Assembly (NCBI RefSeq): GCF_006345805.1 | Contig: NW_021836284.1 | Coordinates: 1 to 24,778, forward strand | Length of the DNA stretch: 24,778 nucleotides | DNA from: Octopus sinensis | Taxonomy: Eukaryota | Reading direction: 5' to 3' | Translations under genes and position numbers: made by a program | The notes under the pieces: model-generated | What the model was told of the DNA's origin: nothing | The model's input: the letters and a program-made list of their open reading frames with translations, nothing else | Databases searched by the model: none | Shown here: positions 1-12,233 of the stretch, one piece after another | Position numbering within the stretch: the stretch's first letter is position 1 | Layout: the number at the start of each line of letters is the position of its first letter

Positions 1-707
1 GACACTTGGTCACTTTCTATAGGCTGAGTAGCCTAAAACAACAAATTATATTTATCGTATCAGTACACAAAAACCAAACACAAAATCGGTATGTCAGTCC
101 ACATTCTCTTTCAAAAAAATGATAATATATTTTAATTCTTTCATTAATTAACATGTCTTCGACAAATGATTCCATTATTTCGTAATAGTTAATTCTGTTT
201 TATTTCTTAATTCACATGGTACTTTCTGTAACATTGATGTTTCAACACCTCGTTATACACGTTCAGCATTTAGGCACTTTCATTTGTTCTATTTGGCGTG
301 CAACACTGATGGCTTAGCACTGTGATTCTCTTGAAATCATCCCCGTGAAGGAATGCAAATGGTTGCGTAAGACAGGAACGATATAAAACGATATAAAATG
401 TTTGCTCGAATAAGCAATGTTCATCCTAATACAGAATCATAAACTTCCCTTTTCGATTAAATTAACAATAGTTTAAATGCTCTAAAATTTGAATTGATGG
501 ATCGATCTTAATAATTACTTTCTCATTTGATTTCAGATAACAATCTTCATCCGTATTTAGACTAAACCTATTGCTATATGATACTGTTGAAGTCATAGGT
601 AGGTCATTTCACATATTCCAAAATGCTCAGTAAATAACATATTTTTTATCTACGATATAATATATATTCTTTTATTCTTTTATTTGTTTCTGATATTTGA
701 CTGCAAC

Positions 708-863
708 CATATACATACATACATACAAACATACATACATACATACATACATACATACATGCATGCATGCATACATACATATACATACATACATACATAC
801 ATACATACATAAATACATACATACATACATACATACATACATACATACATACATACATACATA
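708..863. repeat. (CATA)n microsatellite
   Basis: Near-perfect CATA tandem array; it generates the MYVC/HTYI pseudo-ORFs in the track. Confidence 0.97.
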
Positions 864-1886
864 CGTGTGTCTGCTGAAAAGAAATATCCTTAGGCTGACC
901 AAGACACTCTCATAGAAGGTAACCAAATAAGGTTTATTTTTAACATAGCTACGAGTGCTGTCTACACAATTTATCTCTCGATATTGCGGTATTTCGGCCT
1001 CACTGATGAAGAAACTTCCATTTTGTTGGTCTAAAACGTCAAGAATAGCAGATATCACGCCATTGCCCCTGCGATACGGTACTGGCTCCCAGACAAGTGT
1101 TTTTCATTTTGGAGAACAGATGACAGTGAGATGGAACAAAATACGAGAATAGCGAAAGTGATCAACCATTTCAAAGCTGCAATCACGCTGAGCAACCATT
1201 GGAAATTATGAGCTGTGTCCTGGAGTATGGTCCTTTTGAAACAAAACACTTTTCGTCAGTTTTTTTCAGGGGTTTGGTCATGGTAGCTTGTACCTGTCTC
1301 AGAAAGTTGGCATAGTATCTGCCATCATGGTGTGGCTTTATGAGAATTATTAGTAAATACTAAAAACTGCATCCTAAAAATCTGAGGCAGTTGAAGTGTC
1401 CCTTACCTTCTGTGGAACTTTTGAGGAGGGTGTTATTCCAATACATGGATTTTCTCTTTGATTTTGGCCAAAAGCCAATATTCAACAAGGAAACCTAATG
1501 GATCTGCCTCAAACCATGTTATATTTTCTATTGATATGAACGGCATGTCGCGCATTCGACCAGGGGTAAGAAGACGTGGCATCCAGCGAATAAAACTATT
1601 CGTAATGCTAGTTGATTGTGCAGAATATTTTCAACTCTCTCACGGGATATTCTAATAGAATGGGCTATTTCATTCATAGTGAATCGCCAGTCATCCGTCA
1701 CCATATGGTCTTCACGATCAATGTTTCCTTCGGTGTTGGTATTTGCAAGATGTCCAAACATCGGGGCATATGCAAACCTCTCTCTTCTTCTCATAAATTC
1801 AGCTACCCACATTTTCACTGTTGATAAATGCTGAATTTTATATTACGGAGATGTACTTCCATAGCAATTGCATCGTGGAAGGTGTT
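862..1886 (-). mobile_element. Decayed mariner (Tc1/mariner, irritans-like) DNA transposon; 3' TIR present, 5' end missing
   Basis: TA followed by TIR-like CGTGTGTCTGCTGAAAAG...TAGGCTGACCAAGA at 862-904; minus-strand transposase remnants run from about 1880 to 934. Confidence 0.88.
934..1880 (-). pseudogene. Mariner transposase pseudogene with stops, frameshifts and an internal deletion
   Basis: Across frames: LSTVKMWVAEF..., TEGNIDREDHMVTDDWRFTMNEIAHSIRISRERVENILHNQL (HTH region), WMPRLLTP (WVPRLL motif), FEADPLGFL, VLFQKDHTPGH (second catalytic Asp), ISAILDVLDQQNGSFF...CVDSTRSYVK (C-terminus). Confidence 0.9.
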
Positions 1887-3125
1887 TATAAGCCATTTAA
1901 GAAACACAAAAAGTCCGTTAACTTAACTGTTTTATCCTGACAATTCTTTGTTTTACAACATTGAAGAGTTATATCATCGCTTTTCGAAATGCAATTTATG
2001 GTGTCTTTTGATAGTGTGCTCTTTCTCCAGTAAATCAGTTTTTGTGAACCCATGGATAGATAAAAAGAAATCATGTTGTTTATGAATATAAGTTCTGTCG
2101 TGGATACAATGCATTCAAAACAGCTTGAAGCGTCAATGAAGTATTTGGTGAAGATGTGGCGAATGAGCGGGTTGTACGTTGATGGTATGAGAACTTCCAG
2201 TCTAGTGATTTTAATCTTAAAAACCAGCTCAGCGGTACACCTGAGACCAAGGTGAATAACGATGAGCGAGAATCAGCAGTGGAAGCGGATATATTACAAA
2301 CTACGTGTGAGGTAGCAACAAAGATTGATGTTTCGATTCCATCTCTAGTGGACCGTCTCAAACAAATCAGCAACGTACAGAAGCTGGACAAGTGAAGGAC
2401 CATCAAATGACATGTCGCCTTTAAACTTGCTGTTCTTTGCTGTCACGGCATAAAAGCGAATCATTGTTGCAGCGTATTGTTACGTCTGACGAAAAATGAA
2501 TTATTTTCAATAATAGCAAATAATAATGCACGGTGGGTGGATAGAGAGGACGTGCCAAAACACAATCCAAATCAGAATGTTCACCCCAAAAAGCTAATGG
2601 TGTCCAGCGCTCGGGTTATCCCCTACAGCGTCATGAGACCTGGTATGTTAATTGCAGCGAATGTATACATCAACCAACTGAATGAAATAATGAGTGAACT
2701 TGCAATTAAACAACTGGGATTGGTCAATACAGACAAGCCAATTCTCTTGCAAGCCAATGTTCAACCACATGTTGCACAAAGAACGCTACTCTAGTTACAG
2801 GAACTGAACTTGGAAGTACTCTATCATCCACCTTATTCATCAGACCTTGCACCAACAAACTATCATATTTTCCGGGCATTACGCAACTTTTTTCATGGGA
2901 AAAACTTCAAATCTAAAGACAGATGCGAAAACAACCTTTCGTGATTTCATCACCTATTGCGCTCCACGATTCTTCACTGCTGATATAAATAAGATCCCGA
3001 TAAAATGGCAAACTAGTGTTGAGATTTTAGGTGTACACTTTGACTAACTGCATTGCTTTGTTTTGAGATAAAGGAAAATATACTTTGAGTTCAAAATCGG
3101 ACATTTCATTCTTAATGATCTGATA
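1887..3125 (+). mobile_element. Near full-length decayed mariner (cecropia/Hsmar1-like), about 1.24 kb
   Basis: Right TIR AAAATCGGACATTTCATTCTTAATGATCTGATA (3093-3125). Degenerate left TIR TATAAGCCATTTAAGAAACACAAAAAGTCCGTT (1887-1919) resembles its reverse complement. TA at both ends; transposase remnant between. Confidence 0.88.
2052..3047 (+). pseudogene. Mariner DD34D transposase pseudogene
   Basis: NEVFGEDVANERVVR*WYENF...PETKVNNDE (HTH); LLQRIVTSDEK* (first D); KKLMVS; PILLQANVQPHVAQ (second D mutated to A); HPPYSSDLAPTNYH (YSPDLAP motif, third D mutated to N); ends KWQTSVEILGVHFD*. Confidence 0.93.
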
Positions 3126-3215
3126 TATATGTGTGTGTTTGTGTGTGTGTGTGTGCATGTGTGTGTGTGTATACACATACATGTGTGAGCTTTGTGTGCG
3201 TATGTATATACATAA
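3124..3215. repeat. (TG)n/(TA)n compound microsatellite
   Basis: Direct inspection. Confidence 0.9.
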
Positions 3216-3645
3216 ATAGAGACATTCTTGCATCCAGATTTTCCCACAAGCACCACCATTTGAATCAAACATTGAACAATGAAGATAATGATGATGATAA
3301 TAAGTCCAGACAATTTTGTGAAAAACAACTTTCATTATTCCTCATCAAAACAGACCACCCTTAGACTATCAACCTGGTCTTTGCCGTTTTCACAGACCAA
3401 GAATCAACTTGTCATCTTCTATTGAAAGAACTGACCAACTGTATAGATATAAACGCATTTTTCTTCTTTCTTTCCTTCTATTTTCCATTGACATTAAGGA
3501 AACAAACACATTTTTCACTTTGAAAACGTTTTCCTTTCAGACCCCCTGGTAAGCTGACTGAATCAAAGTAAGCATTAGTTCCACCCACCTACTTCAAAAT
3601 ATTCTGTTTCCTTATCTCCAGTTCAAAACACTTCCCTTCAACTAC

Positions 3646-3860
3646 ACAGGCACACACCACACACACACACAACGCACACACACATACACACACACAAACA
3701 GACACACACGCATACGCACACGCACGCACACACACACACACACACAAACAGACATACACAGTCTCTTTGACTTTCCCCTCAACTATCTCTCCGTTCCTCT
3801 CCCTCTTTTCCTACCATTTACATTCCACTTTACTTAATTTTCCACCTCTCTCTCTCCACC
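3646..3860. repeat. (CA)n array followed by a CT-rich low-complexity tract
   Basis: Direct inspection. Confidence 0.9.
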
Positions 3861-4039
3861 CCAATCCATTCACTAATGCTATAAAAAGAGACAAATCCCT
3901 TCACAGAATGTAAATCTGAAGATTCTATTAGAGTAAATGAAAATGTGTAATTTGTAAAACTATGACACGTTAATAAATATTTGTATATGTACAACCATCC
4001 AGATCTCTGAATACCTTATTTTTTCTAATATTATACCTG

Positions 4040-4096
4040 TACATCACTCCAAACCTTCTAATATATATTATACATATATATATATAATATATAATA

Positions 4097-4144
<48 letters not shown>

Positions 4145-4270
4145 TATGTATATGTATATATACGTAGATGTATATTCACACATGCATATATTTACGTGTA
4201 TGTATATATATTATATATATATATATATACATACATACATACATATATACATGCATGCATACACATATAC
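4040..4270. repeat. (TA)n/(CATA)n compound microsatellite
   Basis: Direct inspection. Confidence 0.93.
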
Positions 4271-5375
4271 AATAAGAGGCTTCCAAATAGGAAAGCGTTG
4301 TGCTAGAAAGAGCAGTAGAAATCTCAAAAACCACAAAAAAAGGATAAATTCTCGAAAGGAATGAACATTAAAAACGTTTACCAGCTCAACTATTTCCCTA
4401 TAAATATATGTACTTGAATAAGTATACGTATATATATATATTTGGTATTTGGCTGCTTACTTTCTTCCTTTCTGTGCTACTGGAATAAAGTAATTCAATT
4501 ATTATGCGCATAAGTTGTGAAAATAGAATGGTTATTATCAAGAGAGATAGATCTATTCGTTACTTAGTGAGGTGAAAGATTAACCGTGAATTTCTAAGAG
4601 AAAGAGGAACAGAAATAGCCAGTTGTCACTAAAGGGTCTTCCCAGAATTTTGGTAATTGAAAAAGCAAAGACAAAATGGACGTAGGTGTGTATTAAAAAA
4701 ACTGATAAAAAAGAACATGAGTAGGTTCATGGATAATAATAAATTTGAAGGCAGATAAAGAACAGAGAATAAATGAAAGAAAATATGAAAATCAAGAAGT
4801 CCAAGCAAGATTTGAAACAAATTATTCGCGTTTGAAACAAGTTATTCGCGTATATTTTCACTGGGCTAGATAAAAGGAAGGAACCAAAGTAAAATCGTTG
4901 ACAATGTCCAGAGTTATAAAGTTTATCATACCATGGCATTCAAGGAAAACCAATATAGATTACATTCACAAAATAAAGGAAAGCAACGGAAAGAACATTT
5001 TTACTAGAGACATTTCGGCATTGGCGTTTAGATTTAAGAGACACCAATATGACACTTTGCTTCACGTAGCAAACATGCCAAAGCAAATTGAATTATGTTG
5101 TCGCTAAAACAGCAAATTTGCCGGGTGTCGCCTAGAGGAAAGTTTATGAAACAGAAGTTTAAGAAACAGAAAGTTTAAGAAAAGAAGTAAATTCGCGGTG
5201 TCAATGAAAGAATGCATTCTTCTCTGAGAAATGTGAATAATTTCTTTCTACTGCTTTCATAAATATATAAACACCAATGCATTTATATGTGATAATTTTT
5301 TTATGATCTGATAAGTTTCCTTCCCTTTATGCAAATTTATCTCTCCAATTTTATCACTGAATCTCTTCTTTGTTG

Positions 5376-5401
5376 TATAATATATATATATATATATATA
5401 T

Positions 5402-5457
<56 letters not shown>

Positions 5458-5542
5458 TATACTATATATATATAGATGATATCTATATACATATTTATAT
5501 ACATGTACTGTATATACATACACCCACACACACACACACATA

Positions 5543-5586
<44 letters not shown>

Positions 5587-5635
5587 CATACACACATGCA
5601 TATATATACATGCACACATACATACACATATATAG
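5376..5635. repeat. (TA)n/(CA)n compound microsatellite
   Basis: Direct inspection. Confidence 0.93.
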
Positions 5636-6224
5636 AAATTCGAATAGAAATATGACACTAATACGTACGAATTACCATTCGCACACACTTATGTGTATGT
5701 AGCATTCCAAGCCTATTATGCTCGAAGAATTTGTATTCCTTTCCAAATGTAGCTTCCATATCTGACCGGTCTTGATAGACGTCTTGGAAAGCAAGATTGA
5801 TATAATCAATAACACATGAATATTGTTGTAAAAGAGAAAGAAAAATGCAGATATATTCCCAGGAGCATTAAACGTGCAGATAGCAAATTAAACTATCTTC
5901 GGCCATTTTGCAACGATGTCAATGTAAGTTATTTTCAATTGTATATCTTGTGTAGAGTTCGCTGAAAAATTGCAACAGTAGAAATCTTATTATATTTTTT
6001 TATGTAGAATACATAACTAGATTTACTAGATTTACTCGGAAAGAAAGCAAAAACGAATGACCTATTGAACTTGATATCGTACGGAATACTGACATTAACA
6101 CCTTCACATAGTATTTTTATAAGGACGAAAAAAATGTAGGGGAAAAAAAGAGAGAGATGTTTTCTTTTTTCTTTTTCCGTATTATCTATATTTTTTCTAT
6201 ACATCTAATCTCCTGTGCAATTTC

Positions 6225-6361
6225 TATCTGTCTGTCTGTATGTCTCTCCGTCTGTTTATCTGTGCCTGTATATGCGTCTGTCTTTGTGTCTGTTTCTTTG
6301 TTTTCTGTCTGTTTTTCTCTATGCATACGTATCCACATACATACATACATACATACATACA

Positions 6362-6395
<34 letters not shown>

Positions 6396-6499
6396 ATATT
6401 TATATATGTACATACATATACATACATATATATATATATATACGCACACATACATATATACAAGTAAACAGATATATATAGGTATATAAATATATGTGT

Positions 6500-6537
<38 letters not shown>

Positions 6538-6569
6538 ACGTAAATATTTGTATAGGTATATATATATAT

Positions 6570-6603
<34 letters not shown>

Positions 6604-6668
6604 GTGTGTGTGTGTGTATAGCTATACATATACATATGTATACATGTATGTACGTGTGTGTGTGTGTA
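6225..6668. repeat. (TCTG)n/(CATA)n/(TA)n/(TG)n compound microsatellite
   Basis: Direct inspection. Confidence 0.93.
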
Positions 6669-6829
6669 TCCTGTAAACTCTTGTACTTTTCTAATCTTGA
6701 CTTTTTTGCCATTCTATCGTTCAGTATCAAAAAATCTGAAATCATATACGAGAAAATATTTTTCGAAAAGGAAGACATATCCATTTATTCTGAAGAAAAA
6801 GCGCCATATACATCTCTTACTACTTAGAA

Positions 6830-7100
6830 TTGTTATCGTCATCACCATTGCCATCGTCGACGTCGTCATCGTTCTCCTTCGCCTCCTCGACCTCCCCATA
6901 AATAACATTATCATTATCATCATGATAATATTCGTTCTCACCTTCATCCTCCTCCTCATTATCATCATAATCGTCATCATTTATGTCGTCGTCATCGACG
7001 TTGTCGCCATCATCATTGTCATCATCATCATCATCACTATCACCATCATCACTATCACCATCATCACCATCCTAGTCATCATTATCATCCATCATCATCA
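6830..7100. repeat. Degenerate (ATC/GTC)n trinucleotide tract
   Basis: Runs of ATC/GTC/ACC triplets; source of the poly-Ile and poly-Met pseudo-ORFs. Confidence 0.88.
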
Positions 7101-7419
7101 GCATCTTCTTTGTCGACCTAATTATCATAATCTTATTGACTCTGATGGAGAATAAGAAATAATTTTTTCGGCAGCGTATTTTCCAACTTCTGAGTGGCAA
7201 GAATGTTTAGAGGGAACCTGAATATTCTACCGATGAGTTTCTAAACGAGAGAAGAGAGAGCTTGTAACTTTCGTGTTCATAGTTATCCTCGATCTCAGGG
7301 TGGTTTTCGATTAACCCGAGCTGGAAGCTGGCCAGTATTAGGAGGGCGCCAACATTTTGCTGTTTGTCATTACGTGCATTTGTAGCGTATAAAGACACCA
7401 CGCTTCTTCTTCTGTTTGT

Positions 7420-7439
7420 ACTTGTTGTTGTGTTTGTTG

Positions 7440-7491
<52 letters not shown>

Positions 7492-7525
7492 ATCATCATC
7501 ATCATCATCATTATTATTATTATTC
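7420..7525. repeat. (GTT)n-(CAT)n-(TAT)n trinucleotide array
   Basis: Direct inspection; source of the poly-His pseudo-ORF. Confidence 0.93.
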
Positions 7526-7735
7526 AATTGTCTTATTTTTATTACGCGCTGTCCTAGCACTGCCGCGCGCAGCTCTGTGTGCCTTGAGTATGTGCTGTGG
7601 TTTGTTGTGATGCTTTTATTTTCACTGTATTGAAAGTATGTGACGTAGGATGTGTGCGGTGCCTAGTAGTGCTATTTTCTGTATGTTATATATATACATA
7701 TATATTTAAATAGGTGAATGAATTATCCTATGTTT

Positions 7736-7912
7736 ATCGTCAGACGAGATGTTTAGCGGTATTTTGCCCGCCGATACGTTCTGAGTTCGAATTTCGCCTA
7801 GGTCAGCTTTGCCTTCCATCGTTTCGGGGTCGATAATTTAAGTACCAGTTAAATCCCGGTGTCGATGTAATCAACTATCCCCCCAAAAAATTTCAGGCAT
7901 CATACCTGTAGT
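7736..7912 (+). mobile_element. tRNA-derived SINE family A, 5'-truncated; duplicate of the 8647-8858 copy
   Basis: B-box GAGTTCGAATTTC, body GCCTTCCATCGTTTCGGGGTCGATAATTTAAGTACCAG; 7743-7880 differs from 8681-8818 at only 2 positions. Confidence 0.85.
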
Positions 7913-7974
7913 AGTAGTAGCAACATCCTCGTTGTCAAAATCATTCTTTCATTTATATATATATATATATATAT

Positions 7975-8644
<670 letters not shown>

Positions 8645-8646
8645 CT

Positions 8647-8858
8647 AAGGCGGTGATCTGTCAGAATCGTTAGCAAGCTGGACGAGATGCTTAGCGGTAT
8701 TTTGCCCGCCGATACGTTCTGAGTTCGAATTTCGCCTAGGTCAGCTTTGGCTTCCATCGTTTCGGGGTCGATAATTTAAGTACCAGTTAAATCCCGGTGT
8801 CGATGTAATCAACTATCCCCTCCCTCCACCCCAAATTTCAGGCATCATACCTGTAGTA
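8647..8858 (+). mobile_element. tRNA-derived SINE family A, near full length
   Basis: Head AGGCGGTGATCTGTCAGAATCGTTAGC (A-box-like), B-box GAGTTCGAATTTC at 8721-8733, conserved body, C-rich segment and tail CAGGCATCATACCTGTAGTA. Confidence 0.87.
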
Positions 8859-8934
8859 CAAACGATTATTAGTATTCGTAGTATTCGTAGTATTTCTAGT
8901 AGTAGTAGTAGCAGCATCTTCGTTGTCAAAATCA

Positions 8935-9050
8935 CCACCATCATCATTATCACGACAGTCGTCGTGCGTCGTGCGCGGCCGCGTCCTCACCATCATCGTT
9001 GTCGCTGGTGTCATCATCGTCCTTATTGCCGTCGTTGTCGTTATAAGCAT
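8935..9050. repeat. Degenerate (GTC/ATC)n tract
   Basis: Direct inspection. Confidence 0.8.
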
Positions 9051-9805
9051 CCTCACCAAAAATAACTAAATAACATTATCAATATTCACCGACTTAAATG
9101 TAATATATGGTGCCATTTGTCAAACTGTTAATCACATTTAATGATTATCGGGGTGGGGGAAAACTAAAATGACAGAATAGCAACAGCAAAAATTAAATTA
9201 AAAAAAAAACAACTTAGAAACAATAATGTCAGTTACGCTAAGGCTTATTAAGCATATAATAAATTATGAAAGAATAACTCGTGAAATCTTCTGCCAAAAT
9301 AAACGATCACTGAATATTACAGATATTACTGGCGTAGAATTCTGATGTGGTGCAATACAAAAATCTCGTATTAATTCTGCAATGACTTAAACATATAAAC
9401 AAGAGTTTTTGATTTTTTATTATATATTTTGATTTAAATTATGTATGTTCAGCTTTTACAGGGAACTGTTTACATTCAGAAGTTTCTATACGTTTAGAGA
9501 AACGAAATATGTAATAATCCAGAAAAAGCGGGAATGTAAAAAAAAGGTGAATGCTTCCTTTTGTTACCTGTATTTATATAAAATATTTCGCATTTCGTTT
9601 TCTTTTGAAACACATCTTAATACAGGACACTACTAACCTTGCTAATACCAATAATCTCACTAATCCTCATACAACCCATATACCATTAATACTCTATTAA
9701 TCATATCAACCTAACTGAATTACTTTCAGATCTGCTTACCTCCCTTGCATGCCATATTTTCTCTCAGGTACTATTAAACCAAACATTGTATGGAAATCGG
9801 TGTTG

Positions 9806-9852
9806 ATTGAAAGTCAGTGAACAGCGATGACGAAACCGGTATGACATTCTAT
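9806..9852 (+). ncRNA. Candidate minimal type I hammerhead ribozyme with G3:C8 swap
   Basis: GTCA-GTGAACA-GCGATGAC-GAAAC-CG-GTA-TGAC. Stem I GTCA/TGAC extends to 9 of 11 pairs; stem III palindrome ACCGGT; GUA triplet; stem II is only one G-C pair. Confidence 0.45.
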
Positions 9853-10619
9853 ATTGGCTCATGATAATGATTTTTATACTTCTAAATTACACCTGAACTC
9901 ATTTTGTTTGTTTGTATATATCCATGTTTTTATTTTTAGAAAGCGACCACTTTCATACCTACTTTGCATTTTCTTAGTTCTTTTTACTTTTCCCCTATTT
10001 ATAACACGTGTATTCTTATTTTCTTTGAAACTTGTTTCTATCATATATATATATATATATATATATATCAAGTGAAATAGTGAATATAATGAATGCTTCA
10101 AATTGCTCGGGTCATATACGTGAGTAATGCTTCACATACGAAGGTGACAAAAGATTCGATTTTGCTGTGGTATTGCACAATTTGCAGTTCATTTCCAACT
10201 TTCGGCTCCCACCAGGAAATTGAAGAAATTTGCATGTATTCTAGATGTCTCTAGGTACAATAATCTTTACAGATATTGGTATTGAACCATTCTGAAATCT
10301 ACTAAATATAAATATCTGAAATATTTGGAAAGTTTTCACTGGAGATTGTCTCAAATTCTATAGAACTCACATGTACGCACACATACCCACGCGTATATAT
10401 TTGTAGAAATTCGAAGGCATATATAGATATACATAAATATTATCAAAAATGTTAAAGTTCAACAATGCTTCATATTTAAATATCATGTGTTTCTGGGCGT
10501 AACTCCCAATATATTTTGTGACAATGAATGATTTGATAAAAATATTTTAGTGAAAAACCTTTGGTTCACGGTATTATCATGTTTCAGTAAAATAGGTAAC
10601 TGTACGACTATATGCCTAC

Positions 10620-10738
10620 ATCCTCTCTGACTATATGCATACATACATACGTGCATACATACATATATACATACATGCTCGGCGCTGTTTGAAACTATAT
10701 ATTGTCATAAATGCTTCAATCTATATATATCTGTTATA

Positions 10739-10793
<55 letters not shown>

Positions 10794-10810
10794 TAATAAA
10801 TCATATAACA
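10620..10810. repeat. (CATA)n and (TA)n microsatellites
   Basis: Direct inspection. Confidence 0.85.
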
Positions 10811-11177
10811 TACATATGCTTAATTTTTCTTCTATATAGAATCTTCTTTGGCTGCAACATATGCTGAAAATTTTATTCGCTAAATCTTTCTGTCATGTGA
10901 AAAAGTGGGAGTTTTTCACATGCGACCTTTTTCTTTATATATTTTTCTCTACAAGCTGTATGCCAAAATTTCCTCGATAATACAAACACCAATATATTTT
11001 CACAAAATCTATTATACCGAATCATTTGTTATCTAAATGCTATCTTTCATATTATATCAAAAGAATAAAAATATTTACCCATGAACATCAAAAATGAATA
11101 ATAACTCCTTAAGAATGTATCTATGTACATAATTTTAATGCATTTTCAAGCCCATCTTTTTAGTCTTCCTTCATATA

Positions 11178-11310
11178 TGATAGATAAATGGACAGACAAA
11201 CATGCAGACAGATACTTAGATAGATAGATAGATAGATAGATAGATGACACATACATACATACATACATGCATACATACATACATACATACATACATAATA
11301 CATACATACA

Positions 11311-11342
<32 letters not shown>

Positions 11343-11365
11343 AATATATATATATATATATATAA

Positions 11366-11420
<55 letters not shown>
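11178..11420. repeat. (GATA)n-(CATA)n-(TA)n compound microsatellite
   Basis: Direct inspection. Confidence 0.95.
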
Positions 11421-11421
<1 letters not shown>

Positions 11422-11694
11422 ATAACTATTAGCATACTGAAAGCAGTTACTGGAACATGTAAATGTTTATATCGCGTAACAATATATAACTGGTTATGTT
11501 TAACGAGGTGTCTTCGTGGGCGCTTCCTGTTGAAAATTTTTGGCCTCGTAAAGCGTGCTATGAGGGCTTTTTCCACGAGTAACCAAGTTCCCAAATGGCT
11601 CAGATACCTAAGGAAAATCGTCAATATTCACTACTTGCAACATTTAGCGTGAAACCGAGATTAACATTCCGACAAGCTGTACGCCAAATCTAGT

Positions 11695-11731
11695 GACACA
11701 CACACAAACACACAAATACGCACAACATACA

Positions 11732-11778
<47 letters not shown>
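11695..11778. repeat. (CA)n microsatellite
   Basis: Direct inspection. Confidence 0.95.
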
Positions 11779-11779
<1 letters not shown>

Positions 11780-12233
11780 AAGGTACATAACCTAGGTGTT
11801 AGTGTGTTGTACGTTATTTTACGTTACAAGTGTTTTATACAAATTTTATTGCATGGAACCAAGACAATATAATTCTTCACGCTTTCTTCTATCATTGAAG
11901 CTAAGATAAATATATTTTACTTTTAAAATAGAAAGGAGCTATTTAGATCTAAACTTGATTGGTGACGGTACTTACTCTCCCATAACGTCGCTACACATGT
12001 TGATGTAAACGTCATTGTCCTGGACTAAATCTCAATTTTCTTATACCAAAATGTAGCCAGGGACGAGTCCTCTTCTAAAACGGATTTCCATATGGTGAAA
12101 AACCTGAATTAGCGACAAGCGTTGAGAAATGATGCGTGTGAGTAAATTGCGGGCTTAAAAGTATTATTCAACAACTACCGTAGTAGAATGAAATATATAT
12201 ATATATATGTGTTTGTGTGTGTGTCACTAGATT

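Noticed and set aside
7364-7633. ORF with a hydrophobic stretch followed by poly-His and poly-Ser, resembling a secreted His-rich protein
   Set aside because: Fully explained by the (GTT)n-(CAT)n-(TAT)n array; no splice or homology support.
11150-11552. Mariner-TIR-like ends (TATGAAGGAAGACTAAAAAG on - near 11176; CCTCGTA near 11550)
   Set aside because: Both lie in the same orientation, the similarity is short, and no transposase remnant is adjacent.
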